Shown: in pieces, positions 32,681-64,000 of the stretch | Position numbering within the stretch: position 1 is the first letter of the stretch | Layout of the letters: each line of letters starts with the position of its first letter | NCBI GenBank assembly: GCA_051362555.1 | Contig: CM120640.1 | Coordinates: forward strand, 48,462,788 to 48,526,787 | Reading direction: 5' to 3' | DNA: 64,000 nt | Source of the DNA: Lingula anatina | Lineage: Eukaryota > Animalia > Brachiopoda | Translations under genes and position numbers: made by a program | The notes under the pieces: model-generated | Told to the model about the DNA's origin: nothing | What the model saw: only the letters and a program-made list of their open reading frames with translations | Database searches by the model: none

Positions 32681-33519
32681 GCAGTGAACAGTGGTCATGT
32701 TGTAGCACCCAACTGTAAAAAAATGGTGTTTAATTAGTAGAAGATGATTATATTACCGCTGTGCAATGAACAAGCGAAGTCCACATTTACTAGATTTAGA
32801 AGCTTCTCTGTCTTCCCTTCACTCAGTGCTTCACTTGGGATCAACTTAGTGTTTCGAGTTATTAGTAATCAAACTAATTCTTTAATTTTATTTTTTGTTA
32901 TTAGTCATTTGAAAAAGTGATGAAAATGTATTAATTGACTAACGTAATTATTTTTTCCCCAGTACATCTTTAATGCTGGTTCGAATACTATGGATGTAGT
33001 ACTTTGCATGGTATACCATTATACATTATTTTCATGCATTGCTAATCAATTCGTAAAAGACATTTCAAACTTTTTGCTCACAGATTGCTCATATCATTTT
33101 GTTGGAGCAACTGATATTTTGATATTTCATAGCTTTTTATTGTTTAAATTGTTGTTCAAATTTAGACAAACCAAATGAGGTGCCTGACTATACCAGTCTG
33201 CCACTTTGACCTGTGAGGCTTTTTGTGTTATGATATCTCAAAATGTTATTCACATTCCAATCTATAGTCATGCATGCAATTCCATATCTTGAACTTGAAG
33301 GTTTTGCTCTGAGACTCTGAGAAAATTTGGATTTTATTTTCGTGGGTGATTGAAGCCATATGACCATATTTATTAAATTATTTTCTCAATTTCAGTTTAT
33401 TTTCTGGCTAGCAGAATTTTGGAAAATTGTAATCTGAAAGGCTTCTATTTCAAACATAATGGATTTTAATTATTTTTATATGTACCGTCTTTATTTTTGG
33501 ACTTTTTTATTATCGATGA

Positions 33520-35205
<1,686 letters not shown>

Positions 35206-36209
35206 AGATGTGCTAAAGTGTTATGATTGCTTTGTTGTAGGATCTTTATTATACATCTTCATATGTGAGATTTTTTGTACAATTCTAATTTAAAAAGAGA
35301 TTGCATAAACCTATTATTTATAAACTTTAAAGAATGAAGTTTTCATTTCCTTTTGCAAGCTTAGTTTTATCTTTAAATACACCAGCAAGCACTTTAAATT
35401 CCAAGAACACACACTTCAACAATTTATACATTTGTATTTCCTATGCATGTTACCCTATTTTAAACGAGTGAAAACTTAGTAAATTCAATTATTTTAAGGT
35501 GATATCCAACCTAGGTGCTTACTTATTGTTCACTTCAGGGATTGTGATTTTCAGATTAAAATAAAAATTAGTTTAAACCGATTTGTATTTCTGTATTTCA
35601 AGTGTTTGTGTTCACATTAGCTGCTTACATCCAGTCAAATATAAAATTTTAAAAAATGAGTAATAGCCATTTATTTCCATAAGCTTAACTTTATTAAGCA
35701 CCTCTTTTCTTTGTGGTATGGTAAGATTCTGCTACAATGGCAAAAATTTAAAGACAAAGAATATTGAACATCTGGTAAAAATAAAAAGGTACTTTAATTT
35801 TGCAATGCCACCCATCTCATTACTCTAAAATACTGATGAATCCTACACAAATATCAACTGTGACAAATGTGACATACTGGCAGTCACTGTATGGTTTACA
35901 TTGTGCATCTTTTATTGAAAAGCTAAAATATGGAACTATTTCAAATCTTGTGTTTACTCTCCATTCATTTCCACCTTGTAAATACTGGTAACCAGCACCT
36001 GCAGCTATATTTAATTTAATGATTCACAACATAAAATGAATCTATGTCAGCATATTGTCACATTCTGTGTACAAAATGAGAAGGAATTATGAGGACCTTC
36101 CTTTCATAAAGTCTATTTTATCACAGTTTGTGTATGCGTATCTGCAAGTATAACTTGCTGCAAAAAGGGCCTCAAAAACATATTCCATGTAATAGGTCAG
36201 TAGCAAGTG

Positions 36210-39200
36210 TTACGAGGACTGTAACAAAGGATATGTAACTCTTTCCTCAAACTTAGATAATAACTGTTCTCTTTTTTGTTCCACATGCCCTAAAAATGTT
36301 TTTATTCTTTTTTCTCGCTGCATGGAATATTCATTCACTTGATGCTGTGTAATGCTCTCTTCTTCAGTTTTTAAAAGTTCCACTCTACAACATTCTACAT
36401 CTGACTGACGTTGAGACATTTCTCGTTTCACTTTGTTGTCCTGAATGGCATTCTTTCATGAAATTATAAGAAATGTGACATTTTATGCTAAAAATTCACA
36501 ATGGAATATATCCAGCAATCAACTTATTCTCATTTTTAATAAGCTATTTGTTAAACACTTTTCCTTCCACTGATACAATGCATTAAACATGCTAAAAAAA
36601 CTTTTATAAAATGGGGACTGATTGTAAATATTTTAATTTCAAAAAGGAATTCTACAAGACTGTTCAAATGTGACACAACAATAACTTTTCAACTAACCTG
36701 TATAACTTGGTAGTTTCTTTGGTACTGTAATATTCCAGCATAAAGATGCCAAATGCTAAATTCTGGCCAAAGAACTCTTACAAATGACAAACAAGAATAG
36801 GTAGTCTGAAATATTTTAAAAGAAAATAAATCAATTTTAAATTAGCTACTTTTGTCCAAAGCAGCTGTCTCCATTGCACATTTAATTTGTTGAATTATTA
36901 TATTAAAGGTTCCTTGTTTGTATGATTAACATCTCTTTTTAGCCCAGCATCAGAAAGCATCTATCTGAGGGTTTTCTTGAAAGTTTGATAATGTAATATT
37001 GCCAAATTTGGAGTAAAGTAAACCCAATCCATACTAAAAGTAATCCACAATGACACATGATCAAGGCCAAAACTTTTGACTGAAAGTGTACTTGTCTGGT
37101 GATACTTTATATGCTTTTTTGTGTATTATTTCACATATAAAAAGTCCTACCTGCCACAGCAGAAAATCACTAAGTCTGACTTCTCCTGAGGTCCTCACCA
37201 ATATATCTGGGTGTGGTGACTTCCTTGTATAAAGACACTTCTCCATAACAGACTCTGATATATCACTAAAAGGAAAATATATATTCAAGATTTTACTTCC
37301 TTGCTAATACTTTTTATATATTTGTTATGCTTCCAAAACCACTTTTTTATCATTGTTTTTTTAATTTTCACACAGACCAATCAGACCTATGTCAAGATGC
37401 TAGCTATAAACTTAAAGGTCTTGTCAATATTTTCCCCTTATTAGTGCATTTTACAGCAAGAACACAGTACAAAAGCACTATCCTCTTTCATTTGCTATGG
37501 AACTGCATTAATGTTGAAATATTTTCAGACTGTCTTCTCACCTCTCTCTTATCAGACCGAGATCAACCCCCTCAGCTATATCCCTCATTGCACTGCAGAT
37601 TTCTTCTCGAGCTGTATAAGCAAAACACACATTCAACACTGCCCTGCAATGGAATAATAAAATATATATGTCACTGAAATTAAACACAAATGAAGTTAAA
37701 ATGTGGCATGATTTTTTATGCCACTCAAATACGTGTTATTGGATTTCAAGCCTCAAGATAACTAAAGAGTGCTGAATAAATGCTTTTTTCCCTCCTTTGT
37801 TCTTGCAGCACTGCAAATTTTCAAAGATGTAATAGGTAGATCATAAAATGATATAACAGAGTTTCCTCAACCCGTGGGATACGATGGCTAGATTGTTACA
37901 TATACATAAACATAGCCAGTATCCTTATATCTCTTTTCATGTTCCAGTAAGTGTTCTGGTATGCTAGCCTTTCCCACCATATAAGAACCTTAGTGTACAT
38001 ATGAAATCTTAGTGTACCTAGATCAATTTTATCCAAAAATGACCTTTCCTGGCAAAAATGTTGGTTGTTCAAAGCCTGCAAACCACCTCTGGCTTCATGC
38101 CCGTTAAACCAAAACTAACATATGTCTTGCACCCTCTTAAACAGTTGTAACAGTTACCTGAATTGCACATGCACTTAAACTATTGTAATAAACTGTATAG
38201 GGCATATAAATGAGCAAAAACTGCCTTAAATAACTATTTATGATATTCTTCAGCCCTGGCTAGACAGGAGCACTTGTATTCTGCAGACTAGATCTGACAA
38301 CAGGATATGAACCAATGACGTATTAATCTAGCCAGCATATTCCACTGGCAGACCAGCAATGGAAACTCTCTAATGTCTGTAGCTCATCAGTTACCTTTAA
38401 GATCTAGTTTAAGGCTCAAAGTCCCAGTTGGAGCATATACTTATGTTGCATATACTTGTTTACTCTCTATAAATCCAAAAACTTTTTGGCCAACAGACAG
38501 TTTTAATTTATAATTTTTTTTATTAATTCATTGTTTTCTTTATGCAAGAATGCAAATAAAATGTTTTTAAATAAACTGAAATATACAATACAATAAAATT
38601 AAACAATTTGTCTGATTCAGTTCCAATTCAAACACAATCATCCAACAGGTATGAACACTGAATGCAGTAGAGCAGGTACGGCACAACAATCGCACCTGGT
38701 AAAATAGCATAAAAGGCAATGGGTACTCCCACTCCATTATGATTGGTTAGTTATTTTTAACTCTGCCATACATGGTAATAAGCATATTCAAGTCACTTAA
38801 ACATGTCACATTATATATATCTCATAATCATATTGATGTAAAATTACATAAAAATTTAGTAAATATCTAAAAGTTTTTATTATTATATTGATAAAGAAAA
38901 TTTAAAGTAGTGAGGAATTTTGCAATCTTCCCACTTCTTGTGCATTGGCGTCAAACCCAACTTGATAGAAAAAATTTTAAAAGACACAATAAATACTGGA
39001 ATATATCATCTCTCATATCGAGGTCCGGGATCACTGGGTTATCCGCTTGAACGTTTACAGACTTAATTCAATAGAATGCCACTTCCAGTGGTGATTTTGA
39101 CCTCATTTTGTTGTTTTCATCCACATGTGCAGGACTGCATTATTCATTTTGTATGACCCACACAAAAACTGGCTTTCATTAATCAGAATTTTGAAGACTT

Positions 39201-40852
39201 ATTTTAAATAAGTTGATATTATTTCAAAGGCAGTCAAGTTACAATGAAAAACAAAAGCAAAATAAGAAAAAGAAGGAAACAAAATAAATGTGTACATTAT
39301 AAAACATTTACTTACCTGTTATTATTTTTGGTCATATTCATTGCGTCTGCAACTATCTGCTGAATATCATGTGGCAGTAAAGACAAGTTGCCAAGGACAC
39401 GGATACAGACTCCATGTTTATTAAGTAACTCTCTGAATTGTAAAACAACATAAGATAAAAACAGCATTTAGTGAAAAGAAAACTACAAAACCTCACTCAC
39501 ATCTAAATAATATTTTACGAGTACGTCAAGTTTCATTTTAAATATATAAAATGTTGAATGATGAGTTTCTGTTGCATATGATATCAAATGCTTAGACAGG
39601 TACATAAAATAAACAGCAAGACTAGTGCATGTACAGACATCATATCAATAATGTAAAAAGTTAGATGATGTTACCGGTTATTATGGCACAGAAAAATATT
39701 TTGAAATTTTCAGCAATATTTACCTTTCTGTAACAGCTTAATTATTATGTGTTCATTAAAGTAAACCAAGCGTAGTGATACTGATTACTTGTTTTGTTTA
39801 TTTCTTCTTTGAATGTAGATTATATAATTCAAGGAAGAAGCCTGGACTTTCATTTTTCTTTTCTTACAAACCCAAACTAGTTGCTGCTTTTCTGTTTCAC
39901 TCAGTACATATCTAAGTGCAACATACTGTATTGTTCAACTGTTTATGGCTCTTGTAGCATATCAAAAGTGAATATCATAAGGGTTTGTAACATCCTTTGG
40001 ATTTGTCCTCTTAACTTATTAAAAGATATTTTAACTAACGTTAGCAGGATTCATATCAGTGCACAAGAGAAGACTTGGTTGACATTTAGAACAATAAAAT
40101 TTATTGAATAAGAATATGGGTGAGACTTCACTACAATAGGATTGATTGTAATGAAGAGGGCTGGATTATTAAGCTGGCTTTTAAAATATCCCAGTAGTCT
40201 AAGATTTTCAATATCATTTTTATTTTATCTTGACATGTAAATGCTTACTTTTCTTCCATAAGCTTAGCAAATTTAAGCCGGGCAAGTTCCATTAACCCAT
40301 CAACTTCCTCTTTGGAACGTTTAAAGTTTTCAATGCTGAATGCATACACTGTGACTTCTGAAATTCCTATATTATTGCACCATTCTAATGTCTGAAAAAA
40401 TATTTAAAAGGTTTTTAAATATGAGAAAGTAGATAGCTGCAATGTTTCTTTCTGAATATTCATTTCTTCACGCTTCCAATGATAATAATACTAAATAAAC
40501 AAAGTTCTTTAAAAATCATTTGAATTTACATGATTCAATTAGCTATTAATATTAGGTAAGTACATATGAGAAATATAAATACATGCTGGGTCCAGTGCTT
40601 AAATCTATGGATGGATAATTACTCTTCAGCTGAAGTTACACATTAAAAAAAGAAGAGTAAAAAATTCACCTCTGCTAGTTTGTCAAATCCCATGAGGTGT
40701 CCTTGTGCCCTATCGATACTTCTTTTACTTGCAAACCTGCGGTTTCCATCCATTATAAATGCAACATGTTTTGGAATTGGACCTGTCTTAAGCACAGCCT
40801 GACAAAACTTGTGAATCCAACTCTGTTCACTCTCTCTTATCCAAGTTGTCAT
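36210..40852 (-). CDS. DHDDS: Dehydrodolichyl diphosphate synthase (cis-prenyltransferase catalytic subunit), 7 coding exons, ~332 aa
   Basis: Exons 40670-40852, 40249-40391, 39316-39432, 37542-37643, 37151-37265, 36698-36805 and 36210-36440 (999 nt). Motifs [49 protein letters not shown]. Probable non-coding first exon with donor near 42497. Confidence 0.96.
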
Positions 40853-41865
40853 ATCTGCAAATATAAGAATGATTAAATGAGCTAAGCCCAACAGTATATT
40901 TTAATTGTGAACTTAAATCTATGGCCGCATTCATATCGAGTTGAGCCATGGCTCTACAAAGCCAGGACCTAATTATGGCGGACGTACATGAAAGGAAAAC
41001 CGCCTAATCTTTTAATAGTCTCTCCGCCTCTCACACGCCTCCCCATGTGTCGTCCCAATGGAGCCGAGATTTAATGACTGTACCCCCGAAGGGACGACAC
41101 ATGGGGGATTCTAAACTAACTGATGCAATCATTTTGTACTGCAAATCATTCAGTGAGTTTGGTTTTACATTGGAGAAAAAAAAATTAACCCTGAGTGTTA
41201 GGGCCCTGTAAAGCTAGCTTACTCATTATACCTTCTCATGTGTTGGCTTTACAGTGCCCCTAAAGAATAGCAGCAATGTTGAGTATCCGTCAATCAAAGG
41301 AACTGCTCTGCAGTGAATCTGCAGTTGAATGTCATAAGTCCAAAATGAAACATAAAACAGATTTAATTTTGCTTTAAATATTTTATTTAATTTACTATAT
41401 TCAAGGTATTAATTGAAAAATAAATAATATATTTTAAAAAGAAAAAGACATTCCATATGTTTTTGTATTTTATTGCTTATCAATAAAACATTTGCACATG
41501 AAGATATAAACACAATACACGTGCTTGCCAAGTGCCAAGTTTGACAGCTACACTGTATGTCTGATACCACTATAAGGACTGCGCAATGGTTACACCAAAA
41601 ATCAGTTTTTAAAGCAGAAAGGGCTTGTGTTGTGGCAGTGATTTTCAATTGCCAGGTATTCTTAGTTCAAATAACAAACTCTGCTTCAGCCACTTTGCTT
41701 CTTTGTTCTTTGTCTCGTCTGCACGAGATGACGTCAGCGCAAGGCAGGAAAGGCAGCTCCAGGCAGGCAGAGCTGTAACATACGAGACATGTGACTTCCA
41801 AATATGGAAGCATCCCATGCAAAATTTTGCCGAACAAGCCCCCACAATGCCGCTGGTTGCTAGAG

Positions 41866-41920
41866 TCGGTATTGCTGATGAGGGTCATATATGACATCAA
41901 AATTGAGCAGGCAATACCGA
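41866..41920 (+). ncRNA. Degenerate type I hammerhead-ribozyme-like motif
   Basis: Perfect 9-bp stem I TCGGTATTG / CAATACCGA enclosing CTGATGA, stem II GTCA-tata-TGAC, AAAA in place of GAAA, and a short imperfect stem III. Confidence 0.4.
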
Positions 41921-42489
41921 AATCTAGAACCTGGGGTAAAAAATTACAGAATCATCCCCTTAATGGAAATATTGTTTGAAATTAATGAACAATGCTACTT
42001 CTACACATTTCTGTTATCAGGTTCATAATTTTTGTGAAAAATTCACTGTGATTATAAAAATGGGAAATCAATCAATTTTTTAATTAATGAAAACTGGTTA
42101 TGTTACCCCCTTTTCCGATCCCAAACCCACCAACCCACGTACCCAGTATCTTCCTGTTATTGTTATAAATGATAATATTGGCTTTAATCCCTGTGTCAAA
42201 TTTTAATGATAATGGAGTGACATTGCCACCGTAAACATATAAACTAGTTTATAAGTTTAAATTTCAGACTCTCCTTTTTTAAACTTAAAACTGGTTTAGT
42301 TTAAATTGTTTATATAATTATTATTTGCCCGGCTACAAATGCACTTCAGCATCCATCATTTCTATCAAACTGGTTTACAAGTAGATTTAAAGGTAATTTA
42401 TTTAAACATAACTCATAAGCTAAATCTATTCATCATTTTGTATGATAACGAGTAATATTTTGAAAAGAATGAACTGATATCAATAAATA

Positions 42490-42904
42490 AAATTACCTGT
42501 TTCACTCTTCCAACTTCGACATACAATCTGCTCACACGTTTACACTACCGACAAGGTCTGACGTCAGGTGACCTATATAAACGTACCTTATATTCCTACG
42601 CCTGATGCAACAAATAACAAATCTTAATTCTTGAAGTATCTAAAATAATTACAAAATATGTTTAAATTAGAAAACATATTTTCATATTTACTCGTAAAAC
42701 GGACATTAGGGTACGAGTTGTCTTCTTTTAGGAGGGCACCTGTCAAAAAAAAGTCCTTTGTCCTCGGTGTGCTGTGTGAATTGGTCATACAAAATGGTCA
42801 ATGGCGTATTGAAAATAGCGCACATTTGCGGCGATAGGCCGATCAATTTAGTCTTAGAAAGTAGTTAATTTATCTATTTGGGCGCGGTCAAACATCTTAC
42901 GATC

Positions 42905-42905
<1 letters not shown>
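42490..42905. promoter_or_regulatory. Putative bidirectional promoter DHDDS/PHIP
   Basis: Minus-strand donor CAG|GTAATT near 42497; PHIP ATG at 42905; CpG-enriched; perfect CRE palindrome CTGACGTCAG at 42558-42567. Confidence 0.6.
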
Positions 42906-60039
<17,134 letters not shown>

Positions 60040-62838
60040 TATTTACGTTGGATATTGCCAGTGTCAGAGAGAGAAAAACCTTTGCAGACAAATTACTTTT
60101 TTCATACTGCCTTAGTTGAATGATCATGGGGAAATTATTAAAATAATTTTTTTGAATTCTTAAATTTTTCTTGCTGCCATATTTTCAAGCTTTGAAGTAA
60201 AAAAAAAAGTGGCCAGCATTTTTCCATGAAAAAGTATATTTATATCCTCCAAGGGATGCTAGCCATCAGATGAGATGCAACATTGTGATGTAAAATTTTT
60301 CATAAAAATGGTTCCATGAAGTCATTTGTTTATTGTTATTCATGCTTCCAAGTGGAAAAATTGCAGAAAAGTTTTGAATTTTGTCACTGAGGGTGATAGT
60401 TACTTGTCAGATGCACGATATGGCAGGTTTTGCAATTATAATGAAGTTAAAACGTTTTTGTTCAACACAGTTTTTATTCACTTTTCGATAGAAAATAAGC
60501 TCAGACTTCGTTAAAACATTCTACGACACCAAAATAATAATAGCCCTACTAATACTGAGACCAAACAAAGTTCTGAATACATCCACCTAGTCAGAAAAGG
60601 CTAATTCTCAATATCCTATGTGATAAATCGTGGAAAAAAAGGAATTCAATTATTTGGGGTACGCAAGACAAATTCTGCATCCATCAAAGACCTATATCTT
60701 TTATAAGAAAAAATCCCAAATAACCACTCAAACTTTTAACCTGTAAACTTGAATAATAAGGTATCAAGTCATTTTCTGATACAGAAAAATATTAACTTTA
60801 CCAACAAATAAAACTAAACTAAAAAACAAGCAGTATCTGACAGGAGCATCTCGCTTTCTTATTTCAGAAATAGATTTTACACAATCCACCTTCAAATTGT
60901 TAACTGAAACATTTCATTAGGAATTTATAGTTTATTTATCCTTGTTAATGTTCCGTTGTTTTCGCAAAAGATATAATACTTTATTTATAAGTAAATATGT
61001 TCATACTTGAAGCATGAGCCAATTCATACAATATGCCACTTACAAACACAAAAAACAAACTTTCAAATTGCAAACACAAGATCCTTTTTTACAAAGCACC
61101 AAAAGATTGAATACTTAAAGGGTTACATGTCTTGTACATAAAATGCTGCTTAACACATCTGAGGTAACTCTAGAAATATAGCAATTTGACACCTCTAATG
61201 CAGAAGAGTTGCTTAAGAGATTGAACTCCTTACAAAATAAAACAAACAGAAATGTTAATAAGTACTACCAAACTAAAATGCAGGCAGTTAAATTAAATGT
61301 GCAATCTCAAAATGGCACAATAGAAGTAAATAAAATTTCTCTTTGTCAAAAAATAAACATGGAATGCTGAGATTCCTAAGCAGTAGACTAGACTTAAACA
61401 TATAGTACATGTAAAGAAAGCAACACAAAAGGATGAGAATCTTTCCAGCATTAGACAATATTTGATAATAGACTTCAGTCTGAGATTTCCTCTCGAAAAG
61501 CTAGATTTGCCTGTAATGTGCAACTTGAATTTCCAGATGCTCAAGCGTGATTAGGGATTGATTCACACCAACAAACAACAGCAAAATAATCCTTTTACAT
61601 GTCAATAAAGCACTGAATTTGTACAGTACAGTAAGTACTGTTGGTGAATAAGGATAACAATAATAAATTTAACAATTTCACGAGGCTAAAATCTAACCCT
61701 AAAAATCTAATGAGTTCCAACCGAATTGTAAAATAGTTCATAAATGTACTTGCAACAAAATCTTAATCAAATATCCTCTTAAAAAGCTAATGAATCTGAA
61801 CCACATAAGTAACACTGAAGCTCAACTGCTGACACACGAGTACCCCAAGCTTCAAATTTATTATGAGCAGCTTTATTTTCAAATCACAAACACCAACACC
61901 CATTGATAACCCTGACATTTTGTCTCTTTCAAACACATTGCGCTTAAAATTATATTTAAAGTAAACTGAGTAACTACATATTTGGCTTATTTCATCCCAA
62001 ATCTGCCTATGAAATATAACACAGGTGTTAAGCTTACTTATGCCCCAATTCAGACGATTTTTTGTGTGCTTTGTCAGGATCACCAAATCAGTGCATAAGC
62101 AAGCTCAGCACCTGTGACATATTTTTGGGCACATTTGGGGAAGAAAGCCAAGATATGTAGTTAATTGGTTACTCGGTTAATATATTATTTCAAGTGAACT
62201 GTGTGTAAAAAGAGACAAAAATTCCAAAATAATCAACCAACTCAACGTAACTCCTTGGGAGTTCAATCCCCCCTGATGAAACCATACTAAACTAGAGATG
62301 CTCAGTCAAACAATAACTTTCTTGTGAACATATCCCCTAAAGACTTTAATCAGAGAAGAATTAAAATAATATTTCAAAATATTCATCCACCAACTGCATT
62401 TTATGAGTATAAAAAGCTTTTATATGTGACTGACTAGGACTTAACTCACCAGGACTCTGAAATATATACACTCCCTATATACAAATAAACTTTAACCTTA
62501 ACTATTTCTTTAAAAGTAGTCCTCAGCAAAACACTTCCATATTCAGCTTTGCATGACAAAGGTATATCCGTTCAGGACCAGAAGCAATAATATAAAATTA
62601 CTAAAACAATCAGCATCTCATTTTGAAAACACCTGTTATCGATTAATCCCATTATGTTGACACTGGTATAGCTTCAAACAATGTTGTCTACAGATTGCAA
62701 CAAATGTTCACTCCAAATCTATTACATACATCTTAAAAGAAAATACAAGCTAGTTCTCAAATTTCATAACATCAAGTTTGGTCCTGTTTTGTTCTTTACT
62801 ACTTATAACCCTTTTTCTTAAACAAGTCTCAGTTTCAC

Positions 62839-63811
62839 CTATATTCTGAAGCTTTCACACTTCCCATCAATATGGCTGAGACGCAGGTAGACATCTGTTC
62901 CTATTCCCTGCATGCTTTCAATGGACAATTTTCCCCCAAGGTATTCAGCATAGGCCTTGGAAGCAGGTAATCCAAACCCAAACCTGAAAAAAACCAAACA
63001 CATACTCCTTACATTTAAGGTAGTCAGATTTACTATAATATTATAAATTGACAGAGAACATCAAATACTTCATATAGCTGATTAGTTCATCTTAACTTGA
63101 AATATAAAAAAAACATCAAAATTTCAGTCAGTTGTGCAAGCTGTCAATACCTCACTGTTTTTTTTTTTTTTGTTTTGTTTTGTTTTTTTTGTTTTCTTTT
63201 AATTGCACAAGACAAAAACTTGCAAATTTTGAGAAAATAATATGTAGGTGTTGGCATTTACCCTACCCTTACCCATGCATTGGTCCTGCTGCAGGTCCTT
63301 TAGAGCTCGGGTTCATGACTTCTCCAAACAGTCCACCATCCACCCTTTCATCCACCACACTGCCACTGGTGGTGAAGTGATACTCAAATACCTTGGAGGA
63401 GTGTTCATGAGGTATCCCTCCACCCCGGTCAGAGATCCTACATTATACAAGTTGAACAACGCATGGTTTGAATTCCTTCAAGTTCTTGTACTTCTTTGTC
63501 ATTAAATTGCTTTATATAGATTCAACAAAATTATTCCAATGTTATGTTTGGTTATAATCATTTAACCAAATGAGTTTGAACAACATTTATTTTGAAAAAA
63601 TAAATAAATTCACATAAATGTCTTAATGTTTGTGGGGGGTCTGATGAGTACTCACTTAAAAGTATCAAGAAAACTCACAAAATTACATGAAATCTGAAAA
63701 AAGGTTGAGCAGACTTGTTACCTTATGATAAAATCCACATCATTATTGGCTATGGTAACTACTATGTCTGGAAGACTGTTTGGGTTATCCAGATGGCTTT
63801 CAACAGTAGCC
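62839..63811 (-). CDS. BCKDK: Branched-chain alpha-ketoacid dehydrogenase kinase, last three coding exons (gene continues beyond window)
   Basis: Exons 63722-63811, 63273-63437 and 62839-62983 give [39 protein letters not shown]...YHFTT...[52 protein letters not shown], the GHKL kinase C-terminus characteristic of BCKDK. Confidence 0.93.
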
Positions 63812-64000
63812 CTGCAAGAAGTGATGAAAAAATAACAATGAGTAATACCGACCTGTACTAAAACCACAAGAGGAGTGGAAAGGAGGAAGTACCGGTCCAA
63901 AAGGCCTGGATGTCATAGAACACAAGAAATAGAAATAGAGCAAGAGGCAAACTGGAAAGGAAACAATTGACAGTACAGAGCAATGGAGATGAAGCCTTTG

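Noticed and set aside
41557-41979. Cluster of overlapping 60-90-aa ORFs
   Set aside because: Expected from locally higher GC; no protein similarity or coherent splice structure seen.
63628-63682. CTGATGA with flanking pairing; also CTGATGA at ~38383 (-) and ~62274
   Set aside because: No correctly placed GAAA or stem III; not hammerhead topology.

Overview
AT-rich, intron-dense animal genomic DNA. It is probably a lophotrochozoan or mollusc; this is inferred from gene structure and repeat types only. Seven conserved multi-exon genes are packed with almost no intergenic space: CFAP43 (+, 5' end outside the window), FKBP8 (-), ARMC2 (-), TMEM161 (+), DHDDS (-), PHIP/BRWD (+) and BCKDK (-, 5' end outside the window). 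They form two head-to-head pairs (ARMC2/TMEM161, DHDDS/PHIP) and three tail-to-tail junctions. Most ORF-track entries are single exons read through into introns, or antisense shadows. Introns carry non-autonomous DNA transposons: a 3.2-kb Helentron/HINE-like element with 14 x 146-bp repeats, a 2.75-kb TIR element with ATAT target-site duplication (TSD), two CAGG-ended MITEs with 5-bp TSDs, TTAA-flanked MITEs and foldback MITEs. The most unusual signals are two degenerate hammerhead-ribozyme-like motifs, two adjacent ~65-nt hairpins in DHDDS intron 1, a transposon-borne array of nuclear-receptor DR1 sites, a candidate 9-nt CFAP43 microexon, a nearly intronless TMEM161 and a uORF-containing FKBP8 leader. 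No prokaryotic system, CRISPR array, tRNA or rRNA was seen, and no clearly new system is demonstrated. Exon boundaries were read by eye and may be off by a few nt.
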